Below, piece after piece: positions 46,032-55,925 of a stretch of 64,000 nt of DNA; position 1 is the stretch's first letter; each line of letters starts with the position of its first letter. Made by a program: the position numbers and the translations under genes. A model generated the notes under the pieces. The model did no database searches, was not told the origin of the DNA, and was given only the letters and a program-made list of their open reading frames with translations. The DNA comes from an uncultured Methanospirillum sp. (GTDB taxonomy: Archaea > Halobacteriota > Methanomicrobia > Methanomicrobiales > Methanospirillaceae). The DNA is taken from contig CAZWTX010000006.1 in NCBI GenBank assembly GCA_964637135.1, positions 1-64,000 of the forward strand. The letters are read 5' to 3'.

Positions 46032-47546
46032 GTGGATGATTCAATGAGATATGATGAGGCAATGGAACAGATGCAGACGATCCTGATCCTGTCAGTCGTG
46101 ATGGTGATCCTCTTTCTCCTGGGTGTCGTACTGGTCATCTGGAATCCTATTCCTGAAAAGATACCGTCAGCCAGGATAGATATCGTGGGTGAAGGTGACT
46201 CGATCGTGATGCATCACCTCTCCGGTGATTCCTTCTCGGCAGATCGCCTGGTTGTCATGGTTAACGGGGTTCGGCAATCGAATGAGAACATGAACTTCCT
46301 GAACGGGGCATGGCCGTGGTCTGAAGGGGAGAATGCGCAGATATTCTTCCCATCTCCTGACGCTCCGAGAATCGTTGAGATATGGTACCTGAACGATAAA
46401 AATGAGAAGATACTCATTGACAAGGCAAGACTCGAACCTCCGCCGGTCGTTTCTGCAACTCCGCTTCCGGTAGCAGTCATCGCGAATGCAACCCCTACCC
46501 CGGCCCCGTCTCTGATCCCGGTGGACGTGAAGGATGCAAACCCGAACCAGCCAGCGTCAGCTGATTTCACGGCTGACCCCCTGATCGGGGATCCCCCGCT
46601 TACGGTGACGTTCCGTGACCTGAGTTACGGGAAGGCAGATACCTATCTCTGGTCGTTCGGAGACGGATCTACCTCGACCCTTCAGAACCCGGTGCATACC
46701 TACTTTGTCCCTGGCAGTTACTCGGTCAGCCTCCTGGTATCGAACAGTTATGGATCGAACCGGAAGACCGCCGACTCTTACGTTACCATCGGATCGCCAC
46801 CGGTCGCAAACTTCCTGGCAGAACCGGGGGACGGACAGGCTCCGCTCACGGTCCAGTTCACGGATCTCTCCACCGGAAACCCGAAGGAATGGGAATGGTC
46901 CTTCAGTGATGGAAGCCGGTCGTCTGAGAAGAACCCGGTTCATATCTTCCAGACCGCTGGGAATTACAGTGTTACCCTGACGATCACGAATGCATATGGG
47001 ACCTCCAAGTATACCCCCGAAAACCCGATCCGGGTCACCGCACCGACAAACATGGAGGTGTTCCTCCGGGAAAGCAGAACCGGTTATCTTGAACCGGAAG
47101 GATATATCCGGTTCAGGGTCACCAACCCGGTCAGTTCAGTCAAGGTCGCCGGCAAGATCCACCAGTTCAATCCTGGTGACATGGTCCAGCTGATTCTTGG
47201 AAGCGGCTCTTCAGACGGCACAATATCCTCTGACAAGAACCAGTTTGTCGCCTTCAACTTTGCAGATGTAACCGTGGTCAATAACGCGGAGATACTCGGA
47301 CGTGGTCCGGTCAACGATCTCCGTATTGGCGGGTATGACAGTTTTTCATCGACGCTGAACCTGACCCTTCCGGCAGGTGACCAGTACAGTTCCCTCTTCA
47401 TCAATTCGGAACCGTACAAGTATGTCACGAGCCCTGCCATGAAATTCTCCGGGATCGGCCCTGACAACTCCGGGCGGTTCTTCTTCCAGAAATCTGCCCA
47501 GTCACTGAACTTCCAGGGCGGAACAGCCCAGTTTAATATGGGTTGA
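46032..47546 (+). CDS. Pilin-like protein with two PKD domains and an unknown C-domain
   Basis: DEA|MEQ + TM; H.SGD...WSEG; two PKDs (WSFGDG..ST.QNPVH; WSFSDG..S.EKNPVH). Confidence 0.85.
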   Translation: MDDSMRYDEAMEQMQTILILSVVMVILFLLGVVLVIWNPIPEKIPSARIDIVGEGDSIVMHHLSGDSFSADRLVVMVNGVRQSNENMNFLNGAWPWSEGENAQIFFPSPDAPRIVEIWYLNDKNEKILIDKARLEPPPVVSATPLPVAVIANATPTPAPSLIPVDVKDANPNQPASADFTADPLIGDPPLTVTFRDLSYGKADTYLWSFGDGSTSTLQNPVHTYFVPGSYSVSLLVSNSYGSNRKTADSYVTIGSPPVANFLAEPGDGQAPLTVQFTDLSTGNPKEWEWSFSDGSRSSEKNPVHIFQTAGNYSVTLTITNAYGTSKYTPENPIRVTAPTNMEVFLRESRTGYLEPEGYIRFRVTNPVSSVKVAGKIHQFNPGDMVQLILGSGSSDGTISSDKNQFVAFNFADVTVVNNAEILGRGPVNDLRIGGYDSFSSTLNLTLPAGDQYSSLFINSEPYKYVTSPAMKFSGIGPDNSGRFFFQKSAQSLNFQGGTAQFNMG

Positions 47547-47590
47547 TCCTACGGACAACCCTTTTAGCGGATGGATCATACATAGTCTGG

Positions 47591-48553
47591 ATGGTGATGA
47601 ACCCCCCCCTTCTTCTCCGAATTGTAATAACCTGTATTTTCGCAGTTCTTCTTATTGCTCCAATAGTTAGTGCTGACCGGACAGATATCTATACCACCGG
47701 CTTTTTAAATGCAGACGGATGGGAGACGAACAGTCCTGCGTCGTATTACGTTGACACCAGTTCTGACCGATACCACTACCTGATCGAAGGGGGTACCGGG
47801 TCGTACGCGAAGTACATGCTCCCCGAAGCGATCACCTCTCCCTTTACTCTTGAGTTTGATGTGACCTCGGTGCAGACCGGTGACGGGGCAACGTTCCGGT
47901 TCGGGTTTGGCAACGAACGGGCAGACAGCCAGAGGGGGCCACTCGTCCTCTTCGAGATGAGCAGGCGTGCAGGAGAGGGACTCTTTTACATCACCTCTAT
48001 CAGCAATGAGAACCTGAAGACCTCGATCATCTCATCTCCCGGAAAAAGCCAGTATGGCGGAAGAAAGGTCGTATTCGAGGATGGGATCACGTACCATGTG
48101 AAAATGACCTGGTATCCGGCAGACAAACGGGTGAGCGTCACGGTATCAGGTTCTGGTGATGGCCAGATGATCTTCAGTCATTACGTTCCGGTCTCCGGAA
48201 AACTTGAAGCACTCTCCTGCCTCTTCCTTTCTGCGATAGGGGACGGGGTTCCCGGGCCGAAGGCAGAAGGATTCATAGATAACATCACGCTTACCCTGCT
48301 CCACGATCTTCCGCTGGGCACTCCCACCCCTACCCAGACACCGGAGATCCCGGAGGCAACCCCCACCCTCGCAGAGGAGGTCCGGATTACAGAAACACCG
48401 ATACCTGAGGAGGTACCTGAAGTCCAGCGGACCCTCCTTCCCCCGCCCCCGACTGCCACACCCACACCGAAATCAGGGATATCACTCGTTCCCTTTGGTC
48501 TTCTCCTGATCACCGCCCTGTTCATTTCAGCCGGAAGACGGAGAAACCGGTAA
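47591..48553 (+). CDS. Secreted beta-rich (ConA/lectin-like) protein with PT linker and C-terminal TM-basic anchor
   Basis: Signal peptide; GFIDNITL; PTPT linker; KSG-TM-RRRNR end. Confidence 0.75.
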   Translation: MVMNPPLLLRIVITCIFAVLLIAPIVSADRTDIYTTGFLNADGWETNSPASYYVDTSSDRYHYLIEGGTGSYAKYMLPEAITSPFTLEFDVTSVQTGDGATFRFGFGNERADSQRGPLVLFEMSRRAGEGLFYITSISNENLKTSIISSPGKSQYGGRKVVFEDGITYHVKMTWYPADKRVSVTVSGSGDGQMIFSHYVPVSGKLEALSCLFLSAIGDGVPGPKAEGFIDNITLTLLHDLPLGTPTPTQTPEIPEATPTLAEEVRITETPIPEEVPEVQRTLLPPPPTATPTPKSGISLVPFGLLLITALFISAGRRRNR

Positions 48554-48729
48554 GAGGGATTAGCGGATCATCCCGGCGGTTTCCGGGTCTTCCCGCCATG
48601 ATCTGACCTGCCCGGTGCCGGTTTGTTATCGGTCTTATTAAGAATCGTTCTTTCTCTTCTGCAGAGAGAGGGGAGAAAGGATTATACCAAAATACTCATC
48701 TCTTCCGGAAATGACCTTTCACCGGATCC

Positions 48730-49500
48730 ATGATCGGGGTCGTTCTCTCTGCATCAGTCACCCATCGCGGGTTGATCAGGGAAGGGAATGAAGACAGTAT
48801 TCTTGTCGGCGGAACGATTTACCAGGGACCGGCCATTGTTCCATCTCTCACCCGGGAAGAACATGTTCCTCTCCTGTTTGCGGTAGCTGATGGTATCGGT
48901 GGCAGCGCTGCAGGTGAAGTTGCAAGCAGGACAGTCCTCACGTCCCTTTCTGCGGCCCCCTCCATACCCGCCGACCCTGCAGCCCTGATCAGGGCAGTCG
49001 GCAGGGCAAAAGAAGAACTTGACATGATCGCGAAGGCAGACCGGTCACTGACCGGCCTTGGCACAACAGTTGCCGGTCTTGTAATTATCCCCGGTTCTGC
49101 CATCAGTTTCAACTGCGGCGACTCACGGGTGTACCGGGTTACCCCTGACCGGTGTGAACGACTGAGCCATGACCACTCCCTCGTTCAGGAACTTTGTGAT
49201 TGCGGGGTCATCAGGAGTGACCAGGTGAATACCCATCCGTACCGCCATATCATCACCTCGTCAGTCTCCGGAGATCTCACCGGGCGTGAACCGCTCGTCC
49301 ACACGAATGTCATAACTCTCCGTCCGTCTGACCGGTTTCTTCTCTGTACCGACGGGGTATGGGAGATTACCCGTGAAAACCAGATAATCGAACTTGTCTC
49401 CATCCCTGATCTTGCACAGGCTGCCGCTTCGCTGTTGACCCACTGCCTGAATGCCGGGGCCCCGGACAATGTTTCTTTTATTATAGTTGCTGTAGAATAA
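48730..49500 (+). CDS. PP2C/PPM-family Ser/Thr protein phosphatase (PrpC-like)
   Basis: RG..R..NEDS, VADGIGG..AGE.AS, GTT, N.GDSR.Y, DHS.V, LLCTDG, G..DN.S motifs. Confidence 0.93.
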   Translation: MIGVVLSASVTHRGLIREGNEDSILVGGTIYQGPAIVPSLTREEHVPLLFAVADGIGGSAAGEVASRTVLTSLSAAPSIPADPAALIRAVGRAKEELDMIAKADRSLTGLGTTVAGLVIIPGSAISFNCGDSRVYRVTPDRCERLSHDHSLVQELCDCGVIRSDQVNTHPYRHIITSSVSGDLTGREPLVHTNVITLRPSDRFLLCTDGVWEITRENQIIELVSIPDLAQAAASLLTHCLNAGAPDNVSFIIVAVE

Positions 49501-49572
49501 CCGGTACTGACTGCCGGAGAAAAATGTATTGCTGAAAATTACCACATCCCATGGTACCAGAGGTGGCTGAAC

Positions 49573-50340
49573 ATGGATACCGGAGAAGAGAAACCAACTA
49601 TTCTCATCGTGGAAGATGATCAGATTATCTCCCGCATTGTGGAGATGAAACTGATGGAATCGGGGTATGCTGTTTTTCCGGTCGTTATCAGCGGTGAGGA
49701 GGCAATCCAGTCAGCGGTCAATGATCTCCCCGGTATCATCCTCATGGATATCACGCTTCAGGGGCGCATAGATGGGATTGAGGCTTCGCGGGTGATAGAT
49801 GCCCTCTTCAAGATCCCGACCGTTTTTATCACGTCCCATGATGGTGATCAGACGGTCGCCCGTATCATGACGACATCTGCGGCAACCTTTCTGAAAAAAC
49901 CATTCAAGCTGACTGATCTTCTCACCAATCTTGAGATCATCACCCGGAATGCCCGCCATCTACTGAAATCTCTGGGAATTGACCGCGGTGAATACGAGGA
50001 TCTTGCTGCCCTCCTTAACAGTGAGGGAACCGGTTCCCTTATTATCCGTCCGAACGGGTTGATTCTCTACGCAAACAGTCAGGTAACCGACCTTTTCGGG
50101 GTGGAAACAACAGATGTTATACTCACCCCGCTCTCCCGGTATCTCGCCCTCACTGACTCTTCAGGACAGCATGGCCCTGGTTACCTGGCAGCTGAACGGT
50201 TCCTTGGAGAACCTCTCGTAAAAGAGGCAGTATTGAACGAAGGCAGGGGTACGGTTCCCCTGTTCTCCTGGAAATTGCATGATCCCGATGAAGAAACGGT
50301 GGGAGAAATGGTCCTCTTTCCCCTCCCTGGGCAGAGCTGA
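49573..50340 (+). CDS. Response regulator with C-terminal PAS domain
   Basis: ILIVEDD, MDITLQG.IDG, KKP; G.ILYAN PAS start. Confidence 0.88.
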   Translation: MDTGEEKPTILIVEDDQIISRIVEMKLMESGYAVFPVVISGEEAIQSAVNDLPGIILMDITLQGRIDGIEASRVIDALFKIPTVFITSHDGDQTVARIMTTSAATFLKKPFKLTDLLTNLEIITRNARHLLKSLGIDRGEYEDLAALLNSEGTGSLIIRPNGLILYANSQVTDLFGVETTDVILTPLSRYLALTDSSGQHGPGYLAAERFLGEPLVKEAVLNEGRGTVPLFSWKLHDPDEETVGEMVLFPLPGQS

Positions 50341-50357
50341 TCCAGCGTGATCTCCTA

Positions 50358-52817
50358 TCAACCTCCTTCACCCCACCGGACATATTCCCCGGGGATATGG
50401 AAGACAAACCTGACACCTGACTGTTCGTCTCCTTCTTCTGTGATGGTGATCCTGGTTCCTGCGAGGATTTCACGTACCAGGAAGAGACCAAGACCAGTAT
50501 TCTCCCCGATCCCTCTCCTGAAGATCTCTTCTTTACGGAAAGCAGGGATACTAACGCCGTCATTGGCAAAAATAAGATCCACCGAACCATCATTTTGTTT
50601 AATGGAGACCTCGATTCTGCTCAGCCCGCTTCCCCCGTGACGGAGTGCATTTTCAAGGAGATTATAAAAGACCTTTCTGAGCATGGGATCTGCGAAGATG
50701 CGCAGGTCTCCGACCGAACAGTGGATCGGAATTCTGCTCTCCGGAAGATCGGCTATGGCTGCCTGCAGGAGTTCGATCACGTTCTGCCAGCGGGGAGGGG
50801 AAAGGCCGAGTTCCTCATAATCGCTGGTAAAGTTGATCTGCCTGAGCACCTTCTCGACACCGGTTTTCAGGAGGTCATGGCATCGGAGTGCCTTTTCATT
50901 CCCTGCGATTCTTCCCTCGAAGACCTCGAGAGTCAGAAATATCCCGGCGATACTGTTCTTGATGTCATGCCGTGTTATCGAGGAGAGCAGGGCAAGTTTC
51001 CGGTTGTTGATAATGAGTGCGTCTCTCAGCTGGTGACTGTCACTCATATCCATTACGATCCCGGTCACCCGCACTGGAAAGCCGTATTCATCGTACCTCG
51101 TGACCTTTCCGCTGTTCAATGTCCAGATGATCCGCCCTGACCGGGTTATCCTTCTGAATTCTTCCTGGAATCGTTCCCTCTCTCCAGTACGACACTCTTT
51201 CATCAGGGCTGATGCCTGCACAAAATCCTCCGGGACAATCCCGGTCTCAAACCGGGTGGTACCGGCATCCTGATCAGGCTGTTCAAGCATTGCATGGAAC
51301 TGGTCGTTCACCCATGTCTCGCCGGTTTTCAGGTCAAGGTCCCACATGGCAATTCTCGCCCCGTTAAGGGCAAGATTAAGCCGGTCCCTGCTCACCATCA
51401 GGTCCTGCTGGATCTCCTTCTGCACGGTAATGTCAACGATTGCCCCTCTCCATCCGGACGCATGTTCTCCGTCAGTTTTAAGCGAAAGGTACAGGAGTGC
51501 CTCGAATACTTCTCCGGTCCGATCTCTCATCCTGACTTCGTACCCGTGCCGCGGAATTGCTTTCCCGTCAGTAATCTCGTCCGGCATTCCGGGTGGTGCG
51601 AAGAGATCAGAGATCTGGCGGCCGGCCGGGTCAGATACCGGATCACATCCGAACCGATTCATCATCTCGCTGTTCATCACCAGGATCATGCCATGTTCGT
51701 CGGTCTCAAATACCGGGATCGGGAGCAGTTCGGCCAGGTTGCGGTACCTAAGTTCATTCTCCTGTGCCGTTGACGTGGCACCCCGGTATTTTTCTGCGAG
51801 GTCAGAAAATGCATGAGAAAGTTCGGCTATCTCATCATTCCCGGGAATGCGAAGTTGTCCGGGATCAGCAGCCAGATTACGGTACTGGAGCCTGACCGCA
51901 TGGATGAGATTATCCAGCCGGTTCAGTGCAGATCGGTCTATGATGAGCATGATCCCAAAGCCGGTGATAAGGGTGGTGAGCAGGAAGACCATGAAGAGGG
52001 AGATGATCGTGTTCATCCCATGGGACATGATCTCACGGGGAATCGGGGTTGAGATACTGACATACCCCTTTCCAAGTACTACAGGGAAATAGACGCTTCC
52101 AAGAAGGGTATCTGTATCAATCTCACTGATACAGTCCGAGTACTGGTTGGAATTCTCACTGCAGGATCCACCAGCCCGGTTTGTAGCCCATGAGATCTTC
52201 ACTGATCCCGATGTCACCCCGGACAGGGAGTCAGCGTACCCGCTGTTCATCACCTTACCGAGAATGAGTATCCCTGCCGGCTCTCCCTCAAGATTGCTTG
52301 GCAGAATAGGGGATCCGGCTATCATCAGGGGCATTCCGCTCGTTCCGATCATCCCGGTGATCGATTCTGCCTGATCAAGGTGTTTCGTGATGATTGTGGC
52401 ATCGTTAACCAGGTGTGCCTTCAACGAGTTTTTCTCAAGATTTCCGACCCGCGGGGAGTATACCTCATGGGATATCGACCCGTTATTATCCATAAAGACA
52501 ATAATGTCAGCCCTGATGTTCTCCATTGAATATGGCTGGAGATTGTCATGTATGTACCTGGACCGGGCATTGGGATTGGTGTTCTCCATGAACGAGTATG
52601 TCTCGTCCCACCATGCCCAGTCTCGTGAGGTCGCAGCGAGGGTGTCCATGTTATGTATGACCGACTCACCGATCCGTTCGGTCTGACGGAATGCCTCATG
52701 TTTCTCAAAGACGGTATATTCATCGATGAACACCATGGCCACCGCTGACCAGAGAATAAGGGTGATGGTCACCGCCAGGGTAAGGTATCCGCCGATAATC
52801 AGTCCTCTCAGACTCAT
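50358..52817 (-). CDS. Membrane sensor kinase CHASE4-HAMP-PAS-PAS-HisKA-HATPase
   Basis: DWAWWDETY CHASE4 motif; two TMs; DEIAEL HAMP; SSITRHDI.N; NLLENALRHG; GLGLFLVREIL. Confidence 0.9.
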   Translation of the reverse strand: MSLRGLIIGGYLTLAVTITLILWSAVAMVFIDEYTVFEKHEAFRQTERIGESVIHNMDTLAATSRDWAWWDETYSFMENTNPNARSRYIHDNLQPYSMENIRADIIVFMDNNGSISHEVYSPRVGNLEKNSLKAHLVNDATIITKHLDQAESITGMIGTSGMPLMIAGSPILPSNLEGEPAGILILGKVMNSGYADSLSGVTSGSVKISWATNRAGGSCSENSNQYSDCISEIDTDTLLGSVYFPVVLGKGYVSISTPIPREIMSHGMNTIISLFMVFLLTTLITGFGIMLIIDRSALNRLDNLIHAVRLQYRNLAADPGQLRIPGNDEIAELSHAFSDLAEKYRGATSTAQENELRYRNLAELLPIPVFETDEHGMILVMNSEMMNRFGCDPVSDPAGRQISDLFAPPGMPDEITDGKAIPRHGYEVRMRDRTGEVFEALLYLSLKTDGEHASGWRGAIVDITVQKEIQQDLMVSRDRLNLALNGARIAMWDLDLKTGETWVNDQFHAMLEQPDQDAGTTRFETGIVPEDFVQASALMKECRTGERERFQEEFRRITRSGRIIWTLNSGKVTRYDEYGFPVRVTGIVMDMSDSHQLRDALIINNRKLALLSSITRHDIKNSIAGIFLTLEVFEGRIAGNEKALRCHDLLKTGVEKVLRQINFTSDYEELGLSPPRWQNVIELLQAAIADLPESRIPIHCSVGDLRIFADPMLRKVFYNLLENALRHGGSGLSRIEVSIKQNDGSVDLIFANDGVSIPAFRKEEIFRRGIGENTGLGLFLVREILAGTRITITEEGDEQSGVRFVFHIPGEYVRWGEGG

Positions 52818-52994
52818 GGAGACCAGCAGCTTCCTGATGTCTTTGTAAAGAGGGAAAGAGGTATCGATCTGTCAGGAAAGGAGTGAATGCCGGGCCGGTC
52901 AGGGTACAGGATGGGCAGCCCGGTTATACAGCCGGCTGTTGAATGGAATATGTGTGCCACACCAGGTATTGTATTGTCAGAATAGTGGTAAGAA

Positions 52995-53079
52995 TGTGGA
53001 GGAAGGGATTTGAACCCTCGAACGCCTTCGCGACAGGGCCCTCAACCCTGCTCCTTTGACCTGGCTCGGATACCTCCAC
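52995..53079 (-). tRNA. tRNA-Leu(GAG)
   Basis: Minus strand GTGGAGG...CAGGG-TTGAGGG-CCCTG (anticodon GAG), long variable arm, GAGGG-TTCAAAT-CCCTT, CCTCCAC-A; 85 nt. Confidence 0.95.
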
Positions 53080-53323
53080 ACAGGATGCATGAAATGACAC
53101 AGCAATCCGGCTTTCCCTCCGGAGGCGAAAGAGACCTCCGATCGCAGACCCGGATAAAAATCCCGCGTGCTTCCATAGATTAGATCTCGACACATATGAA
53201 CATATGTATCCGGTTCGCTCCTGACTCTCCATTTGATCATCCGTTACGGTTTCACCATTCAGGGAAGCGGGCTGTGGGAATCCAGTAAGTATTTCCCTTC
53301 CCGGTAAAAAAGAGCATGTACAT

Positions 53324-53821
53324 ATGTGGTCCGCTATTCTCGGCTGGTTCGCAGATTCCCCGTCTCAGAGCAGAGTGATACAGTTTCTCCTTGAAAACGG
53401 GTTCTCTGTGAATGAAGAAGGCAGGATCTGTTGCAACCTCATCCCGATCGCTGCCACGCAGATAGCGGTACACCTGAAAGTGGATCGGCGTGTTGTCGAT
53501 GCCACGGCAAAACGCGTTCTCTCCTCGCCGTACCGGGATATCTTCCTGAACATGCGGGCAACACCCGATCTCTCCCTGATTGCCGAATACCTTCGGCTTT
53601 CGGTGATCACGATCATTCCCCAGGATGCACGGGAAGTCGGGATCGTGGACGCCTGTATCAGGGTGCTGTCCAGGCACCAGATTGGCCTCAGGCAGATCTT
53701 CGTGACCGATCCCCATCTCTGCGAGGAGCCGCGGCTGGTTATCATCGCCGAGGAACGGATCCCAGCCGAGGTCATCGATGAACTCAGGGCGCTTCCACAG
53801 GTTCGTCGCCTGATCCTCTGA
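53324..53821 (+). CDS. ACT-domain putative regulator of amino acid metabolism
   Basis: F..SPSQ.RV...LL..G.SV, VDRRVV..T, C-terminal ACT-like RQI...DP segment. Confidence 0.82.
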   Translation: MWSAILGWFADSPSQSRVIQFLLENGFSVNEEGRICCNLIPIAATQIAVHLKVDRRVVDATAKRVLSSPYRDIFLNMRATPDLSLIAEYLRLSVITIIPQDAREVGIVDACIRVLSRHQIGLRQIFVTDPHLCEEPRLVIIAEERIPAEVIDELRALPQVRRLIL

Positions 53822-54338
53822 TATCACTGCCCTGAAGACGGGTTATCTCTGCTTTCAGGTTCAGGAACCGGTTTTGAGTTTCCGGAGGAAATTTCCTGAT
53901 AGATACATGAAATTCATCGGCGGTAAGGACTCGATCCCCTTTCACCATGTTATCGGCATGGGCTACTATTTTTTCTTCCAGGGTCTCCGGCAGGGTGTCC
54001 ACCGGCACAAGTCCCATTTCACCACGCTCCCGTGCGGTCAGGCCTGCACCGATATGTCTCTGGATGATACGGCAGACCGCCTCGTCAAATCCCTGTTCCC
54101 TGCAGATCGCCACCCCGGCATCCGCATGATCCATGCCATGCGTGACTGACCGGCCGATATCATGAATCATTGCACCCCTTCCGATGAGATCCCGGTCAGG
54201 GACTGCCGTACCGGCGGTAAGGATCTGATCGGCGATTTCAAGAGAGAGGTTACGGACTGTGATGCAATGAGCAATAACCCGTTCATCACATCCGGTTTCC
54301 CTGAGGAGCGGGAGGTACTGATCTCCCGGTTCAGACAT
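53784..54338 (-). CDS. HD-domain (HDIG) phosphohydrolase, TIGR00295-like
   Basis: VIAHC, HDIGRS.THG..H, RHIGAG, P.TLEEKIV.HADN. Confidence 0.9.
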   Translation of the reverse strand: MSEPGDQYLPLLRETGCDERVIAHCITVRNLSLEIADQILTAGTAVPDRDLIGRGAMIHDIGRSVTHGMDHADAGVAICREQGFDEAVCRIIQRHIGAGLTARERGEMGLVPVDTLPETLEEKIVAHADNMVKGDRVLTADEFHVSIRKFPPETQNRFLNLKAEITRLQGSDIRGSGDEPVEAP

Positions 54339-54852
54339 GCCCGAGATTTTCCTGAATCCGTGCAATTCTTCGGTTCAGGGCATTCAACAGGAGTTCATTA
54401 TCAAAATGGGATAATTTTTCTTCGCATCCCGGGCAGACAAACTGGTTGTCGAGGGCATCGTTGAAGGTAATCATCACCCCGCACTGGTTGCAGATATAAA
54501 AGTCGTTCTCTGTCTCGTATGACTGTCGTTTCTTCAGTTTCTCGAGGATATACTCCATATCCTCTGCGATTGCCTCGTAGGTATTGTTCAGCTGGAGCTG
54601 CCAGAGATATGTCAGCCAGCCGGTTTCGTTATTCTTTATCCGGCGGTACTTTGCCAGCCGGTCTTCGTACAGGGTGTAGAGGGTATTCCGGACCGAGTTC
54701 AGGTTTATTCCGGTCAGTTCTGCAAGTTCCTCGTCACTGTACTCTTTTCCTTCAGGGAACCGTCTGATGAGTTCCATCCCCTCATCACCGATCAGGCGAT
54801 GGAGATAGGCGTAGATCGCTGCATCAGAAAGGACCTCCTCAACGGTGACCAT
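54331..54852 (-). CDS. tfe: Transcription factor E (alpha)
   Basis: DEELA..TGI.LN.VR..LY.LYE..LA.Y.R, GWLTY.W, Zn ribbon C..C...F.CP.C. Confidence 0.96.
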   Translation of the reverse strand: MVTVEEVLSDAAIYAYLHRLIGDEGMELIRRFPEGKEYSDEELAELTGINLNSVRNTLYTLYEDRLAKYRRIKNNETGWLTYLWQLQLNNTYEAIAEDMEYILEKLKKRQSYETENDFYICNQCGVMITFNDALDNQFVCPGCEEKLSHFDNELLLNALNRRIARIQENLGHV

Positions 54853-55925
54853 TAGTGTACCTGTTGGCTGACGGCGATGATAGAGGTATCCAGCATTGCA
54901 GCCGCCTCCGCCTCTGTCGCTCCCTCGCCGTACAGGCTGATAACGGCTTCTCCTGGTTCGAAGGATGCTGGTGGGACGGGAATATCCCTCGCTCCCGGGA
55001 CGTGACAGCCAAGATCCTGTTCTATGATGATCGGCCGGTCGGCAAAGAGGATTCGTCGTATTACAACCCTTCCTGCGATGGGTGTTGTCTCTGGAAGGAT
55101 CCCTGAGAGCGCATCGAGATGGAGCCGGACGAGGTTCACCCCGTAAGCCCGCTCTATCGTGTCAAGTGTGGCAACAAACCGGGGATTCAGCTCAATGACA
55201 GAAATCTCCCCATCCCTGACAAGCATATCCACCCCGGCGATTCCCCTGCAGCCGCTTGCTGCAACCACCTGTTCGGCGATCCGGATCATCTCTGGTGTCA
55301 TCTGGTGAATAAACGGTGTTATTGAGCCGGCAAACCCGTATCTGAATGCTCCTTCATCCCTGAGTATCTGCCTGTTAACCGCGATGGCAACCGCACGGGT
55401 CCCGTCTGAAACGCAACAGACTGATGCGGGGATCCCCTCTGCCAGTTCCTGGAGGAGAAAGGGAACATCCGGGAATTCGGCCACCCATGCTGCAATATCG
55501 GCATCAGATTCCACTACCCGGTTGCGCCATCCGCCTGACCCGGAACAGGGCTTGAGCATTGCAGGATACCTGCCGGAAGATACCCGTGCCGGGACCGGAA
55601 GCCCGAGTTCTTCAAAGAAGACCTGTGTCGTTGCCTTGTCAAGAAACCGTCGTGCCACATCTGCAGGAGTTCCCAGAAGCGGGGCAGGAAGATCGAGACA
55701 CTCTGCCCCTGAGGTCGGAATGATCCCGTCGGGAGAAAAAGTGTCGACCGCATCCCCAATGGCCGGGAGAAGATCGTCGAGTTCATCGAACGAAATCCAT
55801 CCCCGGGCCAGCAGCCTGAGATCGGCATCACAAAAGTGATCGACGGCAAAAACCTCGTATCCTGCCTGGACGGCAGACTGGACAACATGCCTGGTTGAGA
55901 ACCCGGCAACCACGATCCGTTTCAG
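54852..55925 (-). CDS. ATP-grasp domain protein (uncharacterised archaeal family)
   Basis: G.STR....SA, D.F.D.D, KP..G.GG..N, LQE...G.P.SV, GVD, IELNPRF. Confidence 0.85.
   Translation of the reverse strand: MKRIVVAGFSTRHVVQSAVQAGYEVFAVDHFCDADLRLLARGWISFDELDDLLPAIGDAVDTFSPDGIIPTSGAECLDLPAPLLGTPADVARRFLDKATTQVFFEELGLPVPARVSSGRYPAMLKPCSGSGGWRNRVVESDADIAAWVAEFPDVPFLLQELAEGIPASVCCVSDGTRAVAIAVNRQILRDEGAFRYGFAGSITPFIHQMTPEMIRIAEQVVAASGCRGIAGVDMLVRDGEISVIELNPRFVATLDTIERAYGVNLVRLHLDALSGILPETTPIAGRVVIRRILFADRPIIIEQDLGCHVPGARDIPVPPASFEPGEAVISLYGEGATEAEAAAMLDTSIIAVSQQVH

Noticed and set aside
37095..53079. Pilin/signalling region as an island integrated at tRNA-Leu
   Set aside because: No integrase, and I found no duplicate of the tRNA 3' end by eye; composition looks like the rest of the window.
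52924..53240. ORFs 52924-53232 and 52977-53240
   Set aside because: They overlap tRNA-Leu and are spurious.
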